Shown here: positions 26,701 through 34,477 of the stretch, piece by piece
Layout of the letters: each line of letters begins with the position of its first letter
How positions within the stretch are numbered: position 1 is the stretch's first letter
DNA from: Candidatus Aegiribacteria sp.
GTDB taxonomy: Bacteria > Fermentibacterota > Fermentibacteria > Fermentibacterales > JCC-6
NCBI GenBank assembly: GCA_046498225.1
Contig: JAWOBF010000040.1
Coordinates: 1 to 51,209, forward strand
DNA: 51,209 nt
Direction of reading: 5' to 3'
The notes under the pieces: generated by a model
The model's database searches: none
Seen by the model: the letters and a program-made list of their open reading frames with translations, nothing else
Told to the model about the DNA's origin: nothing
Program-made: the position numbers and the translations under genes

Positions 26701-28241
26701 CTGGAGTAGTAGGATTCAATTCCCGACACCGCGCTGCCGGGTTGAAATCTCCACGAGTACCTCTCCAGGAACATGGGCCCGCCGCCTGCGGCGTCCTCCT
26801 CCATCCGGTACAGAGCAAGTTCCCCGGAGGAAGAACCCACTGCCAGCTCCTCCGTTCCATCGCCGTCGATGTCGCTGAATGCCGGGGTGGAGAACCGTCC
26901 TGCGTACAGCTGGTGGAAGGGAGAGGTTTCGGTGGCCTCCCTCCACCTTCCCTGTCCCTCCCGGACGAAATACCTGAAACTGCCATCCCTCGATCCGAAC
27001 ACGAGACCGTCGCCCCACGGTGCCGGAGCTCCCGAAGGGATATCGGGCAGACCCTCCAGCGGCTGCCATTCCTCCTCGAACCAGTCCTCATCTCCCGGAA
27101 GAAAATAGACCCCACCCTCCATGGTACCGGCCAGAAGGTCGGGGCTGCCGTCACCATCGATATCTGAGGTGGTCAGGACGGGACAGGTGCCGGGAACCGG
27201 TGGGATGGACAGCGGTGCCAGCGAATCCCCGGCCGGCACGTAACCGTAAAGTAACCCGTTCCGGGTGCCGCATACCAGAAGAAGCTCGCCGTTCCGCTCC
27301 ACCCAGACCGGGGAAAGATCCAGAAAGCCCTGGCTGTCAACGGATACAGGCTCATCGGACCAGGCAGGGAACAGCGGGTCGCCGGAGATATCGGCGGTAT
27401 AGAGCCGCAGTCCGTCCTTCCCTGTTCCCACCGCCAGTGTGAGAACGGAGTCACCTTCGGTGATCACAGCCGGCGAACTGAACCCTCCGGGGTTCATGGG
27501 AAAGAAAAGACGGGATTCAGACCTCCATGGCAGGAAACAGGGAACTGTCGCCGTTCCCCTGTTCCTGAATACGAGCACGTTTCCGGACTCCGTACCCACG
27601 ACCAGGTCCGCCAGACCGTCCCCTTCAACATCGCCCAGGGCCGTGCCTGAAACGGCCGGAAGATGAAAACCGTCGGCGCTCAGCACCGGCATTCCACCGG
27701 AATGTATCATCAGAACGCCGTTCCCGGTTATGGAAGCGGAATCGGGAAGACCATCCCCTGTGACGTCCACGGCCCTTCCCGGTGCGCCATGCCAGCCGTC
27801 AGTCCCCGCGGATTCCCACGCCGGGCTGATGAAGGCTTGCAGCGGCGAACCTGTTGTATCCGTCAGGACAAGGTCTTCCATGCCGTCACCGTTCACGTCC
27901 GAAAAACGGGGAACGACCGGGACTCCTGCGTCGACATCCTGGTACAGGAGGTCGGAGAACCTTATGCGCAGGTCTTCCCTCAGCCATTCTCCGCACAGCT
28001 CTACAGCCGAATCGGCAGCGGGAGGCAGTGTGGCCCGGAAGGAGGGCCATGGACCAGGTGACAACGTGGTGACGACCCTGAAATCCGTTTCCCGGAGCTC
28101 GCCCGAAAAGGCAGCCCAGCCATAGCCCCCCGGGGGGACCGTAACGGTGGGACTCCCGGAACTCTGTGGAAGCTGTGCGCCCATGGCCGCCGCGGCCAGC
28201 AGGACGGCCGTTGCCGGAACAGCTGCGATACCGTTCATCAT
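23748..28241 (-). CDS. Large secreted protein: FG-GAP/VCBS repeats + transglutaminase-like domain + Ig-like/PPC-like C-terminal domains
   Basis: Signal peptide; five D[VI]xGDG repeats; GSCGEQS / EDHQW / WDHWD Cys-His-Asp candidates; DLDLYL PPC-like motif. Confidence 0.8.
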   Translation of the reverse strand: MMNGIAAVPATAVLLAAAAMGAQLPQSSGSPTVTVPPGGYGWAAFSGELRETDFRVVTTLSPGPWPSFRATLPPAADSAVELCGEWLREDLRIRFSDLLYQDVDAGVPVVPRFSDVNGDGMEDLVLTDTTGSPLQAFISPAWESAGTDGWHGAPGRAVDVTGDGLPDSASITGNGVLMIHSGGMPVLSADGFHLPAVSGTALGDVEGDGLADLVVGTESGNVLVFRNRGTATVPCFLPWRSESRLFFPMNPGGFSSPAVITEGDSVLTLAVGTGKDGLRLYTADISGDPLFPAWSDEPVSVDSQGFLDLSPVWVERNGELLLVCGTRNGLLYGYVPAGDSLAPLSIPPVPGTCPVLTTSDIDGDGSPDLLAGTMEGGVYFLPGDEDWFEEEWQPLEGLPDIPSGAPAPWGDGLVFGSRDGSFRYFVREGQGRWREATETSPFHQLYAGRFSTPAFSDIDGDGTEELAVGSSSGELALYRMEEDAAGGGPMFLERYSWRFQPGSAVSGIESYYSRYFAPFTVFRAPTGREAVESYAEEILRAEPRYRDEVAWCIAHTPAEVLRAMHANDDSDLFHVNAEALYRMADALEYVTLTDSGGIGGCRLRTGSGWYSVRPDDYYRFVVHPRILFEIPARVNAGYWTAPRDTSVLSREEWLNHEPDDLFGSSSEHVFWRDFLPADSTDTGPLQRSMEEASTYEEAVVRLCNFQSHSQPNGRMSFGYATNDLQPMVIYEKAYGSCGEQSILQTALCRTFLIPAYVVGCRGEDHQWAHYLHPESGRWDHWDINYGVRGIGGIWVSGEGVDHLGKTISTITAFGPDNTVWPVTRSAIASPGSGYMPGDSGYTRTAQVEVTVRDPSGRPVEGAMVLARSHWENANAVTQFEYTNGSGTCGFHLGWEPGGGYTIDVVSPFGSAGSGNVSFEEDMEYRISYTVPCPMPLPQVAEVPPGSTTADSAVTARIYPVSYFAGSLYSLDEDDDGRISSRRWTRWGPGRESGMVLYMNGENFRRYRAGLNCRALPRPFYPDSGDTCYAVLDNRESMFTWRDYHMDMLHAHDAAELSPEDAAWLNGPFEPRIPLVVPCAGNSDIFGEQEGPGWAVEFTDLQVRQDDPADPLSAGIVIGPFRVPAGERSLCIETLGETEGMDLDLYLFRDANRNLAVDGMEEMISSSTTPTSAENIEMAEVDTTAAHWIFLQGWQVPGDAGIARIGLSFEPEMLAFHSLSPTGYVQSMPEYFTFSLTEDTLDTGEHFLAAGGDTIRPRRTGEVWTVPGSMMTERFRTGDVKVLTGTMEELGTMNWNILLDSVPPVPMSVHVSVDSSRMRADVEVECLDALSGVRDVAVTPGSLTPVACGRSDSLWTCSVELIPWSGSQLDMTISMTDSAGNSAIERRSLSVPESPPVLFSHFRPRGTVYDHRPVIQVYADFGEEPEYWVPSAVLEDSSGSFRRELLPLVLDGGLIQFLPPRMLTDGEYSVLVRLMDARGSLLGETSWEFSLKTMESTR

Positions 28242-28314
28242 ATTCTTCCCATCAGACAATTAATGAAATGACCGCCATCGCCGGTGATCATGAAGGCAGA
28301 GACAGAACGGCTCT

Positions 28315-29079
28315 CTAGTTCACCGGCAGAAGTATGCGGAAACCTACATGCCGGGCCCTGTCTCCGGGAGCCAGCTGCCTTGCCGAATCTACTGTAATAA
28401 GGTCCGACGGGGACAGCCATGCCCCCCCGCAGACATGGGTGACCGAGTCCATGGGGGAAAGGGTCCATTCGGCGACGTTACCGGCCTGGCAGGCGAAACC
28501 AACGTCGGTAAGGGGAAGCGAATCCACCGGGGCGGTCCAGAGGTAGCCGTCCATTCCCCTTGTTTCCCATTCGTCGCCGGCCAGGTAATTCGCCGGGTAT
28601 TCCGCCTCTTCCGGACCGAGCGGGCCCCACGGGTACTGTCCGGAGATATCGCCGGAAAGCCCTATGGACGCGGCGTACTGCCACTCCGCCCTGGTAGGGA
28701 GCCTCCCCCCCAGCTGGACCGCGACCATGGCCGCCTCCTCCATGCTCACGTTCACCACAGGATGGTCGGGGCAGGTGAAAAGGTAGTCTTCCATACCGGG
28801 AAACTCGGGGTCGGGAGGAAGGACAGTTCCGGCCTGGGTGGCCAGATGATGGTAGAGTCTGTTGGTCACCTCGTACCTTCCCAGGCGGAAGTCGGATATC
28901 TCTACCGTATCTCCCCAGGAAGTGACGAAGGTTCCGCCGGTCACGTCGACGAAACTCGTATCCTTCTCAGACAGGGGAAGCGGGTCGGGAATGGAGAAAC
29001 GCTCCTCCCCGTCGCCGCAGGACAGAAGTGACAGCGCAACGGCTGCCGCAGGGAACAATACCCTACTGAAGCTGGGCAT
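28315..29079 (-). CDS. SUMF1/FGE-sulfatase-fold lipoprotein
   Basis: LLSC lipobox; YEVTN, HPVVNVS, GRLPTRAEWQYAA, YPWG, AGNVAEW, VGFR motifs. Confidence 0.88.
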   Translation of the reverse strand: MPSFSRVLFPAAAVALSLLSCGDGEERFSIPDPLPLSEKDTSFVDVTGGTFVTSWGDTVEISDFRLGRYEVTNRLYHHLATQAGTVLPPDPEFPGMEDYLFTCPDHPVVNVSMEEAAMVAVQLGGRLPTRAEWQYAASIGLSGDISGQYPWGPLGPEEAEYPANYLAGDEWETRGMDGYLWTAPVDSLPLTDVGFACQAGNVAEWTLSPMDSVTHVCGGAWLSPSDLITVDSARQLAPGDRARHVGFRILLPVN

Positions 29080-29314
29080 TTTCCGGCTTTTTCCTCCGCA
29101 GCATGATGGCCATGGGTATGATGACGCAGTATCCGGCTATGAGCATTATGGGGGCTATGGTAATGTGCCCGCCCCTCAGGAGGAACCAACCGACTACTAT
29201 GTCCAGGAGCCCCACCGCGAAAAGAATGTAGTTCGTCATTGTGAAAGGAGCCGCACCCCGGGCGGTCCCACTGTCGTCGGTACTCCGGGGAGCCTTGCTC
29301 TTCTTTTCCGCCAT
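29063..29314 (-). CDS. Small two-TM membrane protein (DUF3098-like)
   Basis: GGAGG RBS; NYILFAVGLL and ITIAPIMLIAGY..IP.AI pattern. Confidence 0.7.
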   Translation of the reverse strand: MAEKKSKAPRSTDDSGTARGAAPFTMTNYILFAVGLLDIVVGWFLLRGGHITIAPIMLIAGYCVIIPMAIMLRRKKPENAQLQ

Positions 29315-29363
29315 TGGATCCAACCTCCATGGTTATGGAATTCAATCTTCATCAGGACGATAC

Positions 29364-30641
29364 CTATAAATCAGTCCGGCGAGGACTGTCAACATCCAAA
29401 GAACTCAGAAAGAGCTGTTCCGGCTCTTCACCCATGCCGGGCATAGCTATCCAGCCCCGCTCCCAGGCCCTTGTCATAGCCGCTCCAGTAATGAAAAAGG
29501 AACCGGTGACCACCAGCAGCTCTTTCCCCAGAGCCCTTCCCTTTTCCAGCGCCTTCCCTATATCATCCTCCCGGAACGCTTCGGTTCCAGTCCTGCCGAA
29601 CTCTTCGGCCAGCCTGGAAGCAGGCAGAGCTCTCTCGTTCAGAGGAGTGGTGGCTATTACCGGGTCGAAGACTCCCTTCAACTGCCGGATCATCCTCTTC
29701 CAGAACTTGTCCTCGAGAAATCCCACAACGGCCGGTACCGGCAGCCTCCAACCCTTTTCGAGGTACTCAATCAGATTCCCCATGGAACCGGGATTGTGGG
29801 CCACATCGAACAGGATGGCGGGGTCTCCGGCTCTCAGGTCTATACGTCCCGCCCATCTGAAACCGGGGAGCATGGCGGCATAGGCCTCGCGGACCACGGA
29901 GATATCCGTACCAGTCAGTACAGACGCGGCAAGGAGCGCCAGGCCCGCGTTCCTCCTCTGGTGGGCGCCGGGCAGGGGAGCCTCCTCCGCCGGCTCGGGA
30001 ACAAGCCTCTTCAGCCTCCTGTCCCTTACGGCGGCCTGAATTACCTCCTCCACCGGCGGTTTCTGAAGGTAGGCCAGGAGTGTGGAGCCTTCCCGGGCTA
30101 TGGCCACTTTCTCCGCCGCTATTTCATGTTCCGTATAGCCCAGTATCCTGCGGTGCTCTATCTCCACCCCCGTGAACACGGTTATCTCCCCGTCGAGAAG
30201 CCTTGTTGCGTCGAGTCTTCCGCCGAGTCCCGCCTCAGCCACCACTACATCCACTCCCGCCTTCCGGAAGTACCATGCGGACATCACGGTGGTTATCTCG
30301 AAGAACGTTGCGCTGCAGTCCTCTATTACTTCCCGGAAGCGTTCCACGTACTCCACCACGGCGTCTTCGGGAATCCACGCGCCGTCCACCGCGGCCCTCT
30401 CCCTGTAATGCAGAAGGTGGGGGGATGTCATTCTGCCCACCCTCAGTCCCAGGGAGGAGAGCAGCCCGGACAGGAAGGCGGTGGTGCTTCCCTTGCCGTT
30501 GGTCCCGACCACGTGTACCGTGCGATAGCTCCTCTGCGGTTCCCCCGCCTCGGCCATAAGCCTTCTGACCCGGTCCAGGCCGAACTTCATTCCCATCCTT
30601 CTTCTTCCGAAGATGTACCGCTCCACCTCATTGTAATCCAA
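29364..30641 (-). CDS. folC: Folylpolyglutamate/dihydrofolate synthase
   Basis: HVVGTNGKGST, TSPHL, TFFEITT, EAGLGGRLDAT, DVAHNP, VTGS. Confidence 0.95.
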   Translation of the reverse strand: MDYNEVERYIFGRRRMGMKFGLDRVRRLMAEAGEPQRSYRTVHVVGTNGKGSTTAFLSGLLSSLGLRVGRMTSPHLLHYRERAAVDGAWIPEDAVVEYVERFREVIEDCSATFFEITTVMSAWYFRKAGVDVVVAEAGLGGRLDATRLLDGEITVFTGVEIEHRRILGYTEHEIAAEKVAIAREGSTLLAYLQKPPVEEVIQAAVRDRRLKRLVPEPAEEAPLPGAHQRRNAGLALLAASVLTGTDISVVREAYAAMLPGFRWAGRIDLRAGDPAILFDVAHNPGSMGNLIEYLEKGWRLPVPAVVGFLEDKFWKRMIRQLKGVFDPVIATTPLNERALPASRLAEEFGRTGTEAFREDDIGKALEKGRALGKELLVVTGSFFITGAAMTRAWERGWIAMPGMGEEPEQLFLSSLDVDSPRRTDL

Positions 30642-31860
30642 TTGACGCAGCCTTCCTCAGAAAAGCGGACATGAATCCGCCCTGTCTGCTTCTTAACCGT
30701 TCCTGGGAGGACAGGACCTCTTCATGCGTCAGCACGGCACCCGGGGAAGCGGCGTTCGTGACCAGGGAAAGTCCCGCCACCTCCAGACCCCGGGAGGAGA
30801 GGAGAAGAGCCTCCGGAACGGTTGACATGGAAACTGTGGAAAATCCATTTTCCTGAAGGAACCTGATCTCAGCGGAAGTCTCGTAGGCCGGACCGGATAC
30901 GCAGGCGAAAATACCTTCCCTGAGTTCGGCGCCGGTTTCGGACGAAGCCTCCCTGGCCGCTTCGCGCAGCCTCGCGGAGTATACGGAAGGCCTTACTCGG
31001 CCGGGGCCTGTTTCCGGCACACATCCGGTAAAGTTGACATGGTCCCTGAACAGGACCGCGTCCCCGGGGCTCAGGGAGGGGTCCACCGCTCCGGATGATG
31101 AGGTGAGTATCCAGAACCTGACCCCCATGTCACCGAGGGTCCCGGGAAGGGTCGATATCTCGCTTCCGCTGTAGCCCTGGTAATGGTGCCTCCTTCCCAG
31201 AAGGAACACGAACCGTCCGCATTCGCTGCAGACCAGTCTGCCCGGATGGCCCGGCACATGGCGGGAGGGCTCCCCCAGGAGGTCGCTGTAGTTCACCCGG
31301 CACCCGACACCGAATTCCTCGGCAAGCCAGGACAGTCCCGATCCCAGGACCACTCCCACCGGGGGAACCGAGCCGAATTCGCTGAATATGCGGTAAGCTA
31401 TGGAGGCGGTTTCCAGCTGGGGGAGGAGGGATTTCGTCATCTGGATTCCGTCCTCTCCGTCGGGGTAATAACTTTCCAGGCCGGCGCTGAATTCGTATCC
31501 CCTGCTCCTGTAAAGCTCCTCAGCTGCCACGGCCCCGGCCCTGACCTCGAGTACGGAAGAGGCCGCGCCCAGCCTCTCGGCCCATTCCTCCGCCGTCTTC
31601 AGAAGAGCGGATGCAAGACCCATCCTCCTGAAGTCGGGGTGAACGGCCAGGTTCACCACGTGAAGCCCCCCGGACTGGAAGCAGGCGCACAGGTATCCAC
31701 TTATCCCGCCGTCCAGCCTGGCGGTCCAGGTCCTGCAGGACGTGGCTTCGAGGAAGCCGGCCAGAGTGTCCCGGTCCCATGGACTGGAAAAACAGAGCTT
31801 CTCTATGTCGCTCATCCGCCGGAGGTCATCGGTGAAGGCCAGCCGGATCTCAGGTAGCAA
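30628..31860 (-). CDS. Fusion: RimI-like GNAT acetyltransferase + purine nucleoside phosphorylase I
   Basis: N-half: IEKLCFSSPW, NLAVHPDFRRMGLA, LEVR, YYPDGEDG. C-half: GVVLGSGL, VPGHPG, GPAYET, SMSTVPE, LVTN. Single frame; TTG start at 31860. Confidence 0.85.
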   Translation of the reverse strand: MLPEIRLAFTDDLRRMSDIEKLCFSSPWDRDTLAGFLEATSCRTWTARLDGGISGYLCACFQSGGLHVVNLAVHPDFRRMGLASALLKTAEEWAERLGAASSVLEVRAGAVAAEELYRSRGYEFSAGLESYYPDGEDGIQMTKSLLPQLETASIAYRIFSEFGSVPPVGVVLGSGLSWLAEEFGVGCRVNYSDLLGEPSRHVPGHPGRLVCSECGRFVFLLGRRHHYQGYSGSEISTLPGTLGDMGVRFWILTSSSGAVDPSLSPGDAVLFRDHVNFTGCVPETGPGRVRPSVYSARLREAAREASSETGAELREGIFACVSGPAYETSAEIRFLQENGFSTVSMSTVPEALLLSSRGLEVAGLSLVTNAASPGAVLTHEEVLSSQERLRSRQGGFMSAFLRKAASIGLQ

Positions 31861-32524
31861 CGGTTTCCGCCCTCTGGTTGAAATCCCGCAGATAAACGGG
31901 AACCGGGTACCGGTCGAACCCGTGTTCCATGGCCCTGTGACGGCCGAGGACGGCGGCCAGCGAAGGCCTGGGAACGTCCAGATCCTCATCGGTTCCCGCG
32001 ACATTGCCTGGAAGGGACAGACCCCGCTGTCCGTTCCCCACCGCGGTCACCTTCCCCAAACCTTCCAGCTTCTTCAGAATGGCGGGAACGGTATACACTC
32101 CGGGCCGCAGCAGTATGCCGGAGTCGGGTGAACTGCCGCTGTAAACGGCGGCGAAAACCTCGTTTTTCCTGGCCCTGACGCATGCCAGGACCGGTTCTTC
32201 GGTTCCCACGGAGGCTGCCAGTATCCTCAATGTCCCCACCGCCGCCAGACCGGCATTCCAGCCGCCGGCCAGTCCCTGTGCCGTAGCTATGCCTATCCGC
32301 AGGCCGGTGTACGACCCGGGACCTGCGGAAACCGCTATTCCGGCGATCCGGCCGCCGGTCACATCCAGGTCCCCCATCAGCTTCGAAATTCCCGGCAGCA
32401 GCTTCTCCGAATGGGTGGCGACCACCGGAAAGAACTCCTCCGCCAGTACTCTGTCATTCTCCACGAGGGCCGCTCCTCCGGTGGGTCCGGTGGTCTCAAT
32501 TCCCAGCCACAGCTTTTTTTCCAT
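31850..32524 (-). CDS. tsaB: tRNA threonylcarbamoyladenosine biosynthesis protein TsaB
   Basis: LGIETT, HSEKLLP, AVSAGPGSYTGLRIG, ARKNEVF, PVYLR. Confidence 0.94.
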   Translation of the reverse strand: MEKKLWLGIETTGPTGGAALVENDRVLAEEFFPVVATHSEKLLPGISKLMGDLDVTGGRIAGIAVSAGPGSYTGLRIGIATAQGLAGGWNAGLAAVGTLRILAASVGTEEPVLACVRARKNEVFAAVYSGSSPDSGILLRPGVYTVPAILKKLEGLGKVTAVGNGQRGLSLPGNVAGTDEDLDVPRPSLAAVLGRHRAMEHGFDRYPVPVYLRDFNQRAETVAT

Positions 32525-32924
32525 CCACTATCACCTCCCTCATCAGAGGGTCATCGGTAAAGGCTATCTCCACCCTGGTGCCTTCCCGCAGCAGGTGCTG
32601 AGGCAGTCTTTCCGCCCATTCGACCACAGCTACCGCCTGTGAATCAAGAATGTCTTCTATCCCGTAGAACTCCAGCTCGTCCGGGGTTCCCTGCAGCCTG
32701 TAGAGGTCCAGATGGTGTATCTCCAGGCCGCGGGAGTAGTATACGGCGTCCACGATGAAACTGGGGCTGGGAATGCCGCCCTCCACGCCCAGTTCCCGCA
32801 GTACCGCCCGGGCGAAGACCGATTTGCCGGCTCCGAGCTCTCCGGTGAGGAAGAGTCTGCTGCCCTTCCCCATGGTTGACGCGAATCGGGCCGCAAAGCC
32901 CTCCAGGCCCGGCTGATCCATCAT
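32496..32924 (-). CDS. tsaE: tRNA threonylcarbamoyladenosine biosynthesis ATPase TsaE
   Basis: GELGAGKS, SPSF, HLDLYRL, VEWAE. Confidence 0.95.
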   Translation of the reverse strand: MMDQPGLEGFAARFASTMGKGSRLFLTGELGAGKSVFARAVLRELGVEGGIPSPSFIVDAVYYSRGLEIHHLDLYRLQGTPDELEFYGIEDILDSQAVAVVEWAERLPQHLLREGTRVEIAFTDDPLMREVIVDGKKAVAGN

Positions 32925-34477
32925 CGGATGCTCTTGGGTTTCATGATTACGCTCGGGACTATCATCTCTGCCAGGGAGACGCCTCCGTGCTGGAAGGTGT
33001 TCCTGAACTTGTACATCTCCTCCCGGGGAACGCCGGGGAACATCATGAAGTAGTCGGACCTGGCGAACAGGTAGTTCTTCGAGGGCCTGTCATCGGGGAG
33101 ACCCCATTCTGCGGGTTCCCTGGCCATTATCACCGCTTTGGGATCGGCAGAGAGGGAGGTCCCGAACCGGAACCTGATGCTTCCCGATACTCCCCTTCCC
33201 CTTATTCTCGTCTCCGAAGTGGTGAAGACCGAACCGTGGTCGCTGGTTATGAGTACGGTGGCGCCGCGTGCCGCCAGCGTATGGAAGAGGTCTTTCAGGA
33301 AGGAAGAGCGGAACCATGTCTCGGCGAGCCGTCTGAAACTGTGGACGTCGGGGGCCAGGTCGCGTATCAGGTCCAGCTCCGACCTGCCATGGGTGAGATG
33401 GTCAATATAGTTGATGATTATGGTCAAGAAGCCTTTCTTCAGATGTCTGGAAAGCGAGTGGATGAGAACCTCTCCCTCCCTTCTGGTGCTTACTTTGACA
33501 TACTCAGGCTCAATGCTCCTGCCGAACCCCAGACGCTTCATGGCCTCGGTCAGGTAGAACTGTTCGAACCTGTTGAGGCCCGCCTGGCCGTAATTCTCGC
33601 TCCAGTTCCTCCTGTAGAATCTCCATATGTCCCGGGGAAGGAAACCCGAAAAAATGGAGTTCCTGCTGTAGGGAGTGGCGGATGGGAGGACCGTGAGCAT
33701 GAAATCGGTCTCGATGTGGAACCACTTCTCCAGCTCCGGGTACATGGTAAGCCACTGGTCGTACCTCATGCAGTCTATCACTATCATCACCAGTTCGGAG
33801 GAGCTTTCCCGCTGCGGAAGCAGAACCCTCTCCAGGTAGTTGTGGGACATGAGAGGGGTATCAGATTCATTTCCGGAGATCCATTCGGGATAACTCCGCT
33901 CAATGAACCTGGAGAAATCGAGTTCCATCTCCCTGAACCTCTGTCTGTCCATGCTGCGCATCTCATCGGTTATGGAGCCGCTGGAGGCCACGTCCCTCTC
34001 CACCCATGATCTGTAGAAGTCTATCCAGTCCGACAGGCTCATCTCATGGCTTCTCATCTCCATCATCCTGGCCGTCTGATCCACTATCTCCCTGGCCGCC
34101 TTCTGGTCCCGAAGGCGCGTACCCATGAGAAGTTTCTTGATCACCAGCAGTATCTGGCTGGGGTTCACCGGCTTGGTAAGGAAGTCATCGACTTCGCTGC
34201 CGATGGCCATGTCCATCAGTTCCTCTTCCTCGCTCTGGGTGATCATCACCACGGGAAGGGCATGGTAGTTCCTTCTAATGGCGGTCACCGTATCCAGGCC
34301 GTCCATTCCCACCATCATCTGATCCATGAGTACGATGTCCACCTGGTTGTCTCTCAGGACTTTGAGGGCGCTGCTGCCGTCCTGAGCGGTCAGCACCCTG
34401 TAACCGTGCTTCTCCAGGTACCTGATATGACTGCGCAGATGCTGTATCTCATCGTCAACCCATAGAATGCTTATCAC
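32921..34477 (-). CDS. PorX-like response regulator (REC + PglZ/alkaline phosphatase domain)
   Basis: ILWVDDEI receiver, LTKPVNPSQIL, IDCMRYDQW, LPSATPYSRNSIF, TSDHG, TFQHGGVSLAEMIVP; upstream of tsaE as in Bacteroidota porX loci. Confidence 0.9.
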   Translation of the reverse strand: MISILWVDDEIQHLRSHIRYLEKHGYRVLTAQDGSSALKVLRDNQVDIVLMDQMMVGMDGLDTVTAIRRNYHALPVVMITQSEEEELMDMAIGSEVDDFLTKPVNPSQILLVIKKLLMGTRLRDQKAAREIVDQTARMMEMRSHEMSLSDWIDFYRSWVERDVASSGSITDEMRSMDRQRFREMELDFSRFIERSYPEWISGNESDTPLMSHNYLERVLLPQRESSSELVMIVIDCMRYDQWLTMYPELEKWFHIETDFMLTVLPSATPYSRNSIFSGFLPRDIWRFYRRNWSENYGQAGLNRFEQFYLTEAMKRLGFGRSIEPEYVKVSTRREGEVLIHSLSRHLKKGFLTIIINYIDHLTHGRSELDLIRDLAPDVHSFRRLAETWFRSSFLKDLFHTLAARGATVLITSDHGSVFTTSETRIRGRGVSGSIRFRFGTSLSADPKAVIMAREPAEWGLPDDRPSKNYLFARSDYFMMFPGVPREEMYKFRNTFQHGGVSLAEMIVPSVIMKPKSIR

